64,000 bases of DNA. Source: Candidatus Latescibacterota bacterium. Its GTDB lineage: Bacteria > Latescibacterota > UBA2968 > UBA8231. Location: the NCBI GenBank assembly GCA_965206595.1, contig OZ242214.1, forward strand, positions 3,008,001-3,072,000. The letters are read 5' to 3'. Position 1 is the stretch's first letter. Every line of letters begins with the position of its first letter. A program made the position numbers and the translations under genes. The notes below the pieces were generated by a model. That model was not told the DNA's origin, ran no database searches, and saw nothing but the letters and a program-made list of their open reading frames with translations. Below, piece by piece: positions 8,151 to 17,617 of this stretch.

Positions 8151-10751
8151 ATGAAAACCATGATTTTCATTCGAAACAAATTCCTTTCGGTTCTCGTGGT
8201 GATTTTGATGATATGTGCCCTGCAGGACCATTGCTACGCCGGGGGGGTCTTTGACGTCGTTGGTGACGTCGTTGGCGGCGTTGGTGATGCGGTCGGGGCT
8301 GTTGGTGATGCGGTCGGGGCTGTCGGTGAGGCCGTCGGGGCTGTCGGTGAGGCCATCGGAGTAGTAGTCGGTGCAGTCAGCCTCGTCGCCGGAGTGGTCG
8401 ACTTAAGCGTCAGCCTTGTTACCACTCTCATCGGGCATACGGATTGTGTTTTGACCACGGCTTTCAGTCTGGATGGGGCGACTCTGGCGAGTGGGAGTTG
8501 CGACTTGACAATTCGTTTATGGGATGTCTTCACCGGGACAACCACCTTCATTTTGCGGCATGCGTCTCCCGTTTCGAGTACCGCCTTCTGTCCCCTCGAT
8601 GGCTGTATGCTGGCCAGTGGGACCGAGGATGGGAAAATACACCTGTGGAACCCTGACACCGGGAAACTCAACACCACTCTCACGGGACATACTGCGAGTG
8701 TCTTGAGCACGGCCTTCCATCCCTTTCAGGGCGTCTTTGCCAGTGGAAGTGCGGATTCCACCATCCGTCTTTGGGATGCGAATACCGGTGCCCACCTGCA
8801 GACATTTACCGGACATGCGGATAGTGTTTTAGGTGTCGCCTTCCATCCCGCGGGGGCCTTGTTGGCCAGTAGCAGTGCGGACGCCACTATCCGTCTTTGG
8901 GATGCGAGAACGGGTATTCTCCGGCGTACACTCACCGAACATACGGGGCCCGTAGCAAGCGTCGCTTTCAGTCCCGCCGGAGCCGTGCTGGCAAGCTGCA
9001 GTGCAGACAGCACAGTGCGCTTGTGGGACCCAGCCACTGGCGAACACCTGGCAACTCTCCACCACCCTTCTCCTGTCTTGAGCGTGGCCTTCAGTCCCGC
9101 CGGGGACCTATTGGTCAGTGGGAGTACAGACGGCACCGTGAATTTGTGGGACCCCCTCACCCGGAACCTCAAAGGCGCCCTTGGGCATGGGTCCCCTGTA
9201 ATGAGTGTGGCTTTCAGTCCTGATGGCGGCCTGCTCGCCGGCGGGACCGAGGAGGGTCTGGTCCTCCAATGGCAATTCGTATCCGCACCCAAAATTACCA
9301 GATTCCTCAACAACGACTTCAACACTCTGGAGGCCGCGGGGAACGAATATCCCGAGGGTCTCTGGTCTGACGGCACTACCATGTGGGTTGCAGACTACTC
9401 GGATGGAAAGATTTTCGCCTACGGCGTGAACACCAAGGACCGGGTCCCCGCAAAGGACTTCAACACCCTGAGAGCCGCTGGTAACTCTTTTCCCGGCGGC
9501 CTCTGGTCCAACGGCACTACCATGTGGGTGGCAGACTACCAGGATGGAAAGATTTACGCCTACGGCGTGAACACCAAGGACCGGGTCCCCGCAGCGGACT
9601 TCAACACCCTGGAAGCCGCTGGAAATGAACATCCCCGCGGTCTCTGGTCCGACGGCACTACCATGTGGGTGGCGGACTACTCGGATGGAAAGATTTTCGC
9701 CTACGACATGAACACCAAGGTCCGGGTCCCCGCAAAGGAAATCAACACCCTGGTAGCCGCAAATAACTACACTCCCCGCGGTCTCTGGTCCGACGCCACC
9801 ACCATGTGGGTGGCGGACTACTCGGATGGAAAGATTTTCGCCTACGACATGAACACCAAGGCCCGGGTTCCAGCAAAGGAAAACAACACCCTGAAATCCG
9901 CTGGAAACCGCTATCCCCAAGGCCTCTGGTCCGACGGCACCATCATCTGGGTGGCAGACGGATCGGATGACAAGCTGTATGCATACAGTCTGCTGGCCGG
10001 TCCCAGCTACGACAGCCCCTGCGCTACAGGAGGGGTGGTGCCCAACGCGGCAAGCAACCCGAGGCTGGTGTCCGACTGCGAGGCGCTGCTGGCGGTTGGG
10101 GACTCCCTGGCGGAAACGGGTACACTGAATTGGTCGGAAAGCATTTCCATCGGCAGCTGGGACGCCGTGACCATCGGCGGAACTCCTCCGCGGGTAACAC
10201 GGCTCGAGCTCGCAAGCAGAGGTTTGACCGGGACGGTACCTGCGGAGTTGGGACGCCTGACCAACCTGAAAGCCCTGAAGCTCTCCGGAAACAGGCTGTC
10301 CGGGACCATACCTGCGGAGTTGGGACGCCTGACCAACCTGAAAGCCCTGAGCCTTTCAAGGAACCAGTTGACCGGGTGCATTCCTGCCGGCCTGGGCGAT
10401 GTGCCTGAGAATGACCTGAAAAAGCTACATCTTCCCAATTGCGGTCCAGCGCCAAAAATGATCGGCTTTCCTGTCGAAACGCAGTTGCTGCAGAACGTCC
10501 CCAATCCATTCAACAGCGAAACCGTTATCGCCTACTCCCTGCCTAAACCGGGTCCGGCGCGACTGGAGGTATTCGCCCTTACCGGGCAGCGGGTGGCGGT
10601 CCTGCATCAGGGACCGCGGCAGGCCGGGTACCACCGCCTTCACTGGGACAGCCGCGACGACGAGGGCCGGCCCCTGGGCAGCGGCGTCTACCTGTACCGC
10701 CTGGTGACGGGGGAGGGTGTGTTGACGCGAAAACTCACCCTGCTGCGATAA
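8151..10751 (+). CDS. Secreted chimeric repeat protein: Gly/Val heptad repeat + WD40 propeller + five 47-aa repeats + plant-type LRR + CTD
   Basis: AGGAG RBS and signal peptide; VGDAVGA repeats; about 7 WD40 repeats; DFNTLxAAGNxxPxGLWSDGTTMWVADYxDGKIxAY x5; LTGTVPAELGRLTNLKALxLSxNxL; PNPFNS...TRKLTLLR. Confidence 0.9.
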   Translation: MKTMIFIRNKFLSVLVVILMICALQDHCYAGGVFDVVGDVVGGVGDAVGAVGDAVGAVGEAVGAVGEAIGVVVGAVSLVAGVVDLSVSLVTTLIGHTDCVLTTAFSLDGATLASGSCDLTIRLWDVFTGTTTFILRHASPVSSTAFCPLDGCMLASGTEDGKIHLWNPDTGKLNTTLTGHTASVLSTAFHPFQGVFASGSADSTIRLWDANTGAHLQTFTGHADSVLGVAFHPAGALLASSSADATIRLWDARTGILRRTLTEHTGPVASVAFSPAGAVLASCSADSTVRLWDPATGEHLATLHHPSPVLSVAFSPAGDLLVSGSTDGTVNLWDPLTRNLKGALGHGSPVMSVAFSPDGGLLAGGTEEGLVLQWQFVSAPKITRFLNNDFNTLEAAGNEYPEGLWSDGTTMWVADYSDGKIFAYGVNTKDRVPAKDFNTLRAAGNSFPGGLWSNGTTMWVADYQDGKIYAYGVNTKDRVPAADFNTLEAAGNEHPRGLWSDGTTMWVADYSDGKIFAYDMNTKVRVPAKEINTLVAANNYTPRGLWSDATTMWVADYSDGKIFAYDMNTKARVPAKENNTLKSAGNRYPQGLWSDGTIIWVADGSDDKLYAYSLLAGPSYDSPCATGGVVPNAASNPRLVSDCEALLAVGDSLAETGTLNWSESISIGSWDAVTIGGTPPRVTRLELASRGLTGTVPAELGRLTNLKALKLSGNRLSGTIPAELGRLTNLKALSLSRNQLTGCIPAGLGDVPENDLKKLHLPNCGPAPKMIGFPVETQLLQNVPNPFNSETVIAYSLPKPGPARLEVFALTGQRVAVLHQGPRQAGYHRLHWDSRDDEGRPLGSGVYLYRLVTGEGVLTRKLTLLR
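9315..9990 (+). repeat. Five tandem 141-bp (47-aa) intragenic repeats
   Basis: Unit starts at 9315, 9456, 9597, 9738 and 9879, with high DNA identity between units. Confidence 0.95.
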
Positions 10752-10867
10752 TGGATCCCAACCCTGAATCCGGGCCACAACCGGGATTCTTACGAAGTCG
10801 CCGTCCTTGAAAGCCCAAGCGGAGAAACCAAAACAGGATCGCACGCATTGCGCGCCGCGGCTTCCAA

Positions 10868-13800
10868 ATGAGACGGAGAGTTACAGAAGTGAAGCATAGC
10901 CCCAAAAAAGCCTTCGTTCTTCATTCCGCTTTCTTTGCGATAGCCAGCTTCACTCTCTTGCGGCCGCCGGCCGCCCATGCTTCTCCCCCGCCGGCCGACA
11001 GCGTGCATTTCTGCGCCTTCGACCACGAGCAGTGGCGGCGTGATCATCCGCGGCCTGCGGCCAAGCGGCTGGCGGACCTGAACGTCGGCGAACCCCGCAC
11101 CGTGCGGATGATCTACTTCCTGCCGAACGACTGGCCGTATCGCGCCGTGGTGGTCGATTCGATGAAGACGGTGATCAAGCAGAGTCAGAGCTTCTATGCC
11201 GAGCAGATGCAGGCGCACGGCTACGGCGACTGGACCTTCCGCATCGAGACCGATGCCCAGGACGAGCCGCTGGTGCATCATGTCGATGGCCAGCATCCCT
11301 TCAGCCATTACGACAACACCCTCGGTACCGCGGTGGTTGCCGAGCTTGAGCAGACGTTCGATCTCGATGCGAACATCTACTTCATCGTACTCGGCACCGA
11401 TGCCCTTCGCCAGGGGAACGGTCAGCCTGCGGGTGGAGTCGGGAGCCGACGGACGAAGAACGGCGGTCATCTGGTGGTACCGGATAGATTCGGTTTCTTC
11501 ACGGTGACCCATGAGCTGGGGCATACCTTCGGATTGTACCACGATTTCAGGGACAACCGATTCATCATGTCGTATGGATTTGATCAGCGCGGGGTCCTGT
11601 CTGCGTGTGCTGCCGAATTTTTGTCCGTGCATACGTACTTCAATTCCGCTATCCCGATTGCAGAGGGGCAGCCGCCAACCGTCGAGATCATTTCGAGCAC
11701 CAGATATCAGCCCGGCACAACAAGCGTCCCGGTTCAGCTCCAGGTCAGGGATTCGGAGGGGCTTCACCAGGTGAGCCTGATTGGCAACGCGAAGCCGTGT
11801 CGTGGATTGGCGGGTGAAGGAGATGCCGTCGTCGAGTTCGACTATGATGGCAGTTTTTGGGCAGGTGGCTTTACGAACCTTTCTGACCAACCCAGGCATC
11901 ACATGCTCATTGTCGCCGTCGATGGCAAAGGGAATGTGAGCGAGACGAATTCGTTCCTTACGGAAATTTCGCCCTACAAGATCGCTACACTGAGGGCGCA
12001 TATGGATTGGGTCAATGCAGTGGCGTTTTCGTCCGATGGAACCCTCGCCTCCGGGTCAGGATCATATGAGTTGAATGATGCATCGGTCAGGCTGTGGGAC
12101 GTGGAGAGCCGGAAAGAAATCGCCATCCTCGACGAGTATACGTCTGCAGTTACTTCGGTAGCCTTTTCCCGCGATGGGACGCTCGCTTCCGTGTCTTTTT
12201 TTGATGGCATCAAGCTGTGGGACGTTGTGCTTCGAAAGGAGATTGCCACCCTGAAGGGGAGGTCTCCCGTGGCAATTTCGCCCGATGGGTCCCTGCTCGC
12301 CTCTCCCTCAGAGTCGGGGGACCACACGATCAAGCTGTGGGACATGAGAACCCGACGGGAGATCGCCACCTTCGTAGGACATACAAGACAGATCAATGCG
12401 TTAGCGTTTTCGCCCGACGGGACCCTTCTCGCTTCCGGGTCAGGGGAAGATGATTCCCCTGATAAAGAAGACCTGACGGTCAGGCTTTGGGACGTGGCCG
12501 CACAAACAGAAGTCGCCACTCTGAGAGGACATTCGGATGGGGTCTGGGCGGTAGCGTTTTCCTCCAATGGCACTCTCCTGGCTTCGGGAGGGGGGTGGAA
12601 TGACTCCACCGTCAAGCTGTGGGACGTGGCGACACAAACAGAAGTCGCCACTCTGAGAGGGCATTCGTTTGGGGTCCGGGGGGTAGCGTTTCCTCCCGAT
12701 GGCGCCATCCTGGCTTCGGGAGCAGGGGACTTCACGGTCAGATTGTGGGACATGGGGAGTTTAAAAGAGGTCGCCACTTTCATAGAGCATACATGGACGG
12801 TCAAGTCAGTGGCCTTTTCCCCCGACCGGACCACCCTTGCATCCGGATCAATGGATAGTACGGTGATTTTGTGGGATGTGTCCGAGTGGACGGGACCCCG
12901 TCCTTTCGCCCTGGAGATCATCTCCGGCGACGGACAGCAGGGTGCCCCCGGGGCGGTTCTACCCCATCCCTTGGTCGTGGAAGTGCGGGACCAGTATGGC
13001 GATCTCCTGCCGGAGGCCACCGTCACCTTCACGGTCACGGCCGGCGAAGGCAAGCTGAGCGGCCGCTATTCAGTGGAGCATACCACCACCGATGCCGACG
13101 GCCGGGCAGAACTGACCCTTACCCTGGGCCCCAACCCGGGGCCGAACATCGTGGGCGTGTCCCTTGGCGGGCGCGAGCTGGAGACGTTTCATGCCAAGGG
13201 CGTGGGCACCGCCGTGGCGGAGTTGGAGGGGGACTACCGGACCTGGCATCTGCCCGAGGGGGCGACGGTGCGTCTGGGTAAGGGCGCTCTGGGGGAAAGC
13301 GACCGGGCGGTGGCCCTTTCGGCGGATGGCCGCTGCCTGGCCGTGGCCAGCGCCATCGGGGTGTGGCTGTACGAGGCGGCCACGTCCCGGGCCCTGGCAC
13401 TGCTGCCGACGGAGAGTGCGGTCCATTCGGTAGCGTTCTCCCTCGACGGCACCTTGGCCGCCGGGTTGGATAACGGCCAGGTCGAGCTGTGGGAGGTGGA
13501 GACCGGGGAGCGGATCGGCACCCTGAGGCATGCGAATTGGGGAGGGGTCACTGTGACGTTCTCGCCGGATGGGACGAGGCTGGCTTCCGGGTCATTGGAG
13601 CAGGTCATCAAGGTGTGGGATATCGAGACCAGACGCGTGGCCGGCACCTGGGAGGTGGCGCGGGACAGCGATTCGTATTGGGACATCCCCGTGGCCTTCT
13701 CGCCGGACGGGTCGAGGCTGCTCTCGGGATTTCAGGACGGCACGGTGCGGCTGTGGGACGTGGCGACACAGACAGAGGTCGTCACGCTGGAAGGGCACAC

Positions 13801-16429
13801 GGACCGGGTTGCTACGGTGTCATTTTCGCCAGACGGCTCGCTCCTGGTTTCGGCCGGGGGATGGGATGATCCCACGGTCCGGCTGTGGGACGCGGCCACA
13901 CAGGCACAGGTTGCCACGCTAAGAGGGCATACCAGCGAAATCCGTTCGGTGGCGTTCTCTTCCCCCGACGGCAACACCCTGGCTTCGGGGTCGGCGGACC
14001 GCACGGTCCGGCTGTGGAACGTGGCGACCCAGACGGAGGTGGCCACCCTGCAGGAGCATAGGGGTGCGGTCCATTCGGTGACGTTTTCTCGCGATGGCGC
14101 CACCCTCATCTCGGGGTCGGCGGACGGCAGGGTACTGCTGCGGGATTTGGAGACGGGCAACGTCGCCGGTCTCTCCGGTCATGAGCGCTTGTCTTCGATG
14201 GCATTTTCCCGTGATGGGGCCACCCTCGCCTCCGGGACCGCGGACGGCACAGTCAGGCTGTGGGACACGGAGACCCAAACACAGATTGCCAGGCTGGAAG
14301 GGCCCACTGGTTGGGTCTATTCGATGGCGTTTTCCCCCGACGGCCTCCATCTGGCTTCCGGATCATGGCGCACGATCACGTTGTGGGACCTGGCGAATCG
14401 GGAAATGATCGCCACCTTCGAAGGGCACAGCGGTGACGTGCGATCGGTTGCCTTTTCTTCTCCCGACGGCGCCACCCTGGCTTCCGCAGGGGGGCGGAAT
14501 GATGCCAGGGTGAGACTGTGGAACGTGGCGACACGCACAGAGATCGCCACTCTGGAAGGGCATACCGGGGGGATCTATTCGGTGGCGTTTTCTCCGGACG
14601 GCGCCACCCTGGCTTCGGCAGGAGACCATCAAGACAACACAGTCAGGCTGTGGGACGTGGCGGCACGGACAGAGATCGCCACCCTCGAAGGGCATACCGA
14701 TGGGATCTTTTCAGTGGCGTTTTCTCCGGACGGCGCCACCCTGGCTTCGGCAGGGGTGTGGGATCGGACGGTCAGGCTGTGGGACGTGAAAACTCGTACG
14801 CACATCGCTACCCTGGGAGGGCATACGGGTGCGGTCAATTCGGTGTCGTTCTCGCCTGACGGCGCAACCCTGGCTTCCGGGTTGTCGGACGGAACGATGC
14901 TGCTATGGAACGTGGCGACGAAGGGAAGAACTGCCACCCTGGAGGGGCACACAGGTTGGGTCCATTACGTTGGGTTTTCCGGCGACGGCACCACCCTGGC
15001 CTCCGGGGCCAGGGATGGCACGATGCTGCTGTGGGATATGGAGTTTCTGCAATCCCGGCCCCATACCCTGACCAGGATCTCCGGCGTTGAGCAGCAAGGG
15101 CCGGTCGATGCGGCGTTACCCCAGCCGTTTGTCGTTTTGGTGCGGGATCAGAACGGGAATCCAGTGGCAGGTGCGACCGTCACCTTCGCGGTCACCGCCG
15201 GCGGAGGGACGCTGACCGCAGAGACCGCAACCACCGATGCAAACGGGCGCGCCGCCACCACCCTGACCCTGGGCCCCGATCCAGGACCGAACACCGTGAC
15301 GGCGGCCGTGGCCGGGCTGGACCCGGTGACCTTTTCCGCGGCCGGGTCAGCGACTCCCCATACCCTGACGAAGCTCTCCGGCCACGACCAGCAGGGAGCG
15401 GCAGGCGCCGCCTTGCCCGAACCGTTTGTCGTCGAGGTCAGAGATCAGAAGGGCCAGCCGCTCGAGGGCGCCCAGGTCACCTTCGCGGTCTCCGCCGGCG
15501 GGGGGACCCTGTCGGTAACCACCGTCACCACCGATGCCAACGGCCGCGCCGCCACCACCCTGACCCTGGGCCGCGATCCCGGGAGAAATACCGTAGTCGC
15601 AAGGGTCGCCGAGCTGAAGCCGGTGATCTTCAGCGCCACCGGACTGGCGATTCCCACGACCCTGACCAGGGTCTCCGGCGACGATCAGCAGGGACCTGCC
15701 GGAGCCGCGCTGGCCGAGCCGTTTCTGGTCGAAGTGAGAGATCAGAACGGCGATCCACTCGAAGGCGCCCAAGTCACCTTCGCGGTCACTGCCGGCGAGG
15801 GGATGCTTTCGGCTGCCACCGCCACCACCGATGCCAACGGCCGTGCCGCCACCACCCTGACCCTGGGCCGCGAACCGGAGACCGTCACCGTGGTGGCGAC
15901 CGTGGCCGGACTCGAACCAGTCACCTTCACCGCCACCGCGGAAGCCACCCCCGACTTCGACGGCGACGGCGAGACCGGCTTCTCCGACTTCTTCCTGTTC
16001 GCCGACGCCTTCGGCGGCAGCGACCCCCGCTTCGACCTCGACGGCAGCGGCAGCGTCGACTTCGGCGACTTCTTCCTCTTCGCCGACCACTTCGGGGACC
16101 CGGCCCGCGGCAAGCTGCTGGCGCTGGCGCGGGAGATGATCGGACTGCCGGACGGGCCGCAGCTGCAGCAGAACGCCCCCAACCCCTTCAACAACGAGAC
16201 CGTCATCTCCTGGTTCCTGCTGCGCCCGGGTGCGGCCCGGGTGGAGGTGTTCTCCCTGACCGGACAGCGGGTGGCGGTGCTGCACCAGGGGCCGGAGAAG
16301 GCGGGTGTCCACCGCGTGCACTGGGACGGCCGCGACGGTCAGGGCCGGCCGCTTGCCAGCGGTGTCTACCTGTACCGGCTGGTCACTGCCGAGCGCGTCC
16401 ACACGCGCAAGCTCACCTTGCTGCGATGA
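10868..16429 (+). CDS. Giant secreted metzincin protease + two WD40 arrays (about 20 repeats) + four bacterial Ig domains + EF-hand pair + CTD
   Basis: 1853-aa ORF (start could be GTG 10889). HELGHTFGLYH...FIMSY. Repeated TLEGH...SVAFSPDGATLAS...VRLWDV. Four (I/L/V)SGxxQQG...VTFxVxAG domains. DFDGDGETGFSDFF; TRKLTLLR. Paralogous to 4520..7372. Confidence 0.92.
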   Translation: MRRRVTEVKHSPKKAFVLHSAFFAIASFTLLRPPAAHASPPPADSVHFCAFDHEQWRRDHPRPAAKRLADLNVGEPRTVRMIYFLPNDWPYRAVVVDSMKTVIKQSQSFYAEQMQAHGYGDWTFRIETDAQDEPLVHHVDGQHPFSHYDNTLGTAVVAELEQTFDLDANIYFIVLGTDALRQGNGQPAGGVGSRRTKNGGHLVVPDRFGFFTVTHELGHTFGLYHDFRDNRFIMSYGFDQRGVLSACAAEFLSVHTYFNSAIPIAEGQPPTVEIISSTRYQPGTTSVPVQLQVRDSEGLHQVSLIGNAKPCRGLAGEGDAVVEFDYDGSFWAGGFTNLSDQPRHHMLIVAVDGKGNVSETNSFLTEISPYKIATLRAHMDWVNAVAFSSDGTLASGSGSYELNDASVRLWDVESRKEIAILDEYTSAVTSVAFSRDGTLASVSFFDGIKLWDVVLRKEIATLKGRSPVAISPDGSLLASPSESGDHTIKLWDMRTRREIATFVGHTRQINALAFSPDGTLLASGSGEDDSPDKEDLTVRLWDVAAQTEVATLRGHSDGVWAVAFSSNGTLLASGGGWNDSTVKLWDVATQTEVATLRGHSFGVRGVAFPPDGAILASGAGDFTVRLWDMGSLKEVATFIEHTWTVKSVAFSPDRTTLASGSMDSTVILWDVSEWTGPRPFALEIISGDGQQGAPGAVLPHPLVVEVRDQYGDLLPEATVTFTVTAGEGKLSGRYSVEHTTTDADGRAELTLTLGPNPGPNIVGVSLGGRELETFHAKGVGTAVAELEGDYRTWHLPEGATVRLGKGALGESDRAVALSADGRCLAVASAIGVWLYEAATSRALALLPTESAVHSVAFSLDGTLAAGLDNGQVELWEVETGERIGTLRHANWGGVTVTFSPDGTRLASGSLEQVIKVWDIETRRVAGTWEVARDSDSYWDIPVAFSPDGSRLLSGFQDGTVRLWDVATQTEVVTLEGHTDRVATVSFSPDGSLLVSAGGWDDPTVRLWDAATQAQVATLRGHTSEIRSVAFSSPDGNTLASGSADRTVRLWNVATQTEVATLQEHRGAVHSVTFSRDGATLISGSADGRVLLRDLETGNVAGLSGHERLSSMAFSRDGATLASGTADGTVRLWDTETQTQIARLEGPTGWVYSMAFSPDGLHLASGSWRTITLWDLANREMIATFEGHSGDVRSVAFSSPDGATLASAGGRNDARVRLWNVATRTEIATLEGHTGGIYSVAFSPDGATLASAGDHQDNTVRLWDVAARTEIATLEGHTDGIFSVAFSPDGATLASAGVWDRTVRLWDVKTRTHIATLGGHTGAVNSVSFSPDGATLASGLSDGTMLLWNVATKGRTATLEGHTGWVHYVGFSGDGTTLASGARDGTMLLWDMEFLQSRPHTLTRISGVEQQGPVDAALPQPFVVLVRDQNGNPVAGATVTFAVTAGGGTLTAETATTDANGRAATTLTLGPDPGPNTVTAAVAGLDPVTFSAAGSATPHTLTKLSGHDQQGAAGAALPEPFVVEVRDQKGQPLEGAQVTFAVSAGGGTLSVTTVTTDANGRAATTLTLGRDPGRNTVVARVAELKPVIFSATGLAIPTTLTRVSGDDQQGPAGAALAEPFLVEVRDQNGDPLEGAQVTFAVTAGEGMLSAATATTDANGRAATTLTLGREPETVTVVATVAGLEPVTFTATAEATPDFDGDGETGFSDFFLFADAFGGSDPRFDLDGSGSVDFGDFFLFADHFGDPARGKLLALAREMIGLPDGPQLQQNAPNPFNNETVISWFLLRPGAARVEVFSLTGQRVAVLHQGPEKAGVHRVHWDGRDGQGRPLASGVYLYRLVTAERVHTRKLTLLR

Positions 16430-16579
16430 TTTGCCGGGATCCGGGGGTGGTTTGCCCTATCTTTTATTCCATGGTTCATATAATTTTGGAATTTTGGTAT
16501 CACTGTAATTTTTTCGTGGCCTTTTTTCAGTGCTTCCGCTCTGAAGAACGCCCCGACTCACCAAAGAACGGAGAGTGCT

Positions 16580-17617
16580 ATGCTGGGGTTTATCCTGCTC
16601 GTTTGCCTTACCGCTTTTTTAGTGACTTCTCCGGTTTCCGCCCAACAGAAAGCCCCTCCGGCCCCTGAGACCGAACATCCTGCCCCGTCTTTGCAGGCCG
16701 TTGAGCCGGTAACCGCCCCGGCGGCCTGCCTGGTTGGTGAACATTCCGGTTTCCCGGAAGCCGACGCGCGGACCGCGGCCCTTCTCGTTTGCGGCGAGCT
16801 GAGCAAGCAGGGCATACCGGTCAGCGAGCCCGTTTTCCGTGCGCCGGACGCGGGGGGTATCTATCGGTTGGGTTTGCACCGCCTGGGGCAAAAGATCCTG
16901 GTTCGCCTGAGTCATGAGTACCCCGCCGGGACGGTCATTGTCGAGCGGCAGATCCAGTTGGGAAATATCGAAGAAATGATCTCGGCGGCGCCGCGATTGG
17001 TCGATGCCCTCGTCCACCGAAAATCGCTCGCTTCCACGGTCGACATGGAGAACGTCGTCGAAGAGGAGGCTCGCAGGCACCGGAAAATACCCGGTGAATC
17101 TCTTTGGGATATAGGACTCCTCGGGACCTTCGCCCTCATCACGGACGCGGACATGATAGCCAAGCCGGGCTACAGGCTCGGGTGGTTTCACGAGACACCA
17201 TCCTATGCCGCGGGAACCGAGTTCTGGGGTGCCGGTGGAGAGGACGATGAGGGCGACAGCTTTCACTTCTTCTGTTGGGGAATCGGCGGTCGCTACTTCT
17301 TCAACAAGCAGAACTTCTCGCCGTATGTGGGCGGTGGCTTCTCCCATGTCTGGGCCGGTTATGAACAAACAGAACCAAGGTGGAATTCGAGATGGGAGAG
17401 GTGGGAAGAGGAACGGGAATCCGAAGATGGAAACGGCCTGGGGGGTTATGTCGTCGGTGGAATAGAAGCCATGCGTCTCACCAGTGTTCGCATGAGGCTC
17501 GAATTGCGTGTGGATCGGCCCTTCTTTCAGCTGCAAACCCGGGACGTGATGCCGGTGACACTGGGTGTTTCCTTTTCTTTCCGCGGAGGAGGAGGAGTCG
17601 GAGGGATGTGGTTTTGA
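16580..17617 (+). CDS. Putative outer-membrane beta-barrel protein with an N-terminal periplasmic domain
   Basis: Signal peptide; C-terminal half of alternating aromatic/Gly strands (GGRYFF, SPYVGGGFS, LGVSFSF); terminal WF. Confidence 0.65.
   Translation: MLGFILLVCLTAFLVTSPVSAQQKAPPAPETEHPAPSLQAVEPVTAPAACLVGEHSGFPEADARTAALLVCGELSKQGIPVSEPVFRAPDAGGIYRLGLHRLGQKILVRLSHEYPAGTVIVERQIQLGNIEEMISAAPRLVDALVHRKSLASTVDMENVVEEEARRHRKIPGESLWDIGLLGTFALITDADMIAKPGYRLGWFHETPSYAAGTEFWGAGGEDDEGDSFHFFCWGIGGRYFFNKQNFSPYVGGGFSHVWAGYEQTEPRWNSRWERWEEERESEDGNGLGGYVVGGIEAMRLTSVRMRLELRVDRPFFQLQTRDVMPVTLGVSFSFRGGGGVGGMWF

Noticed and set aside
960-15950. Regularly spaced repeats as a CRISPR array or DGR template/variable repeats
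   Set aside because: All units are in-frame coding repeats. There are no cas genes and no reverse transcriptase in the window, and the differences are not obviously confined to adenines.
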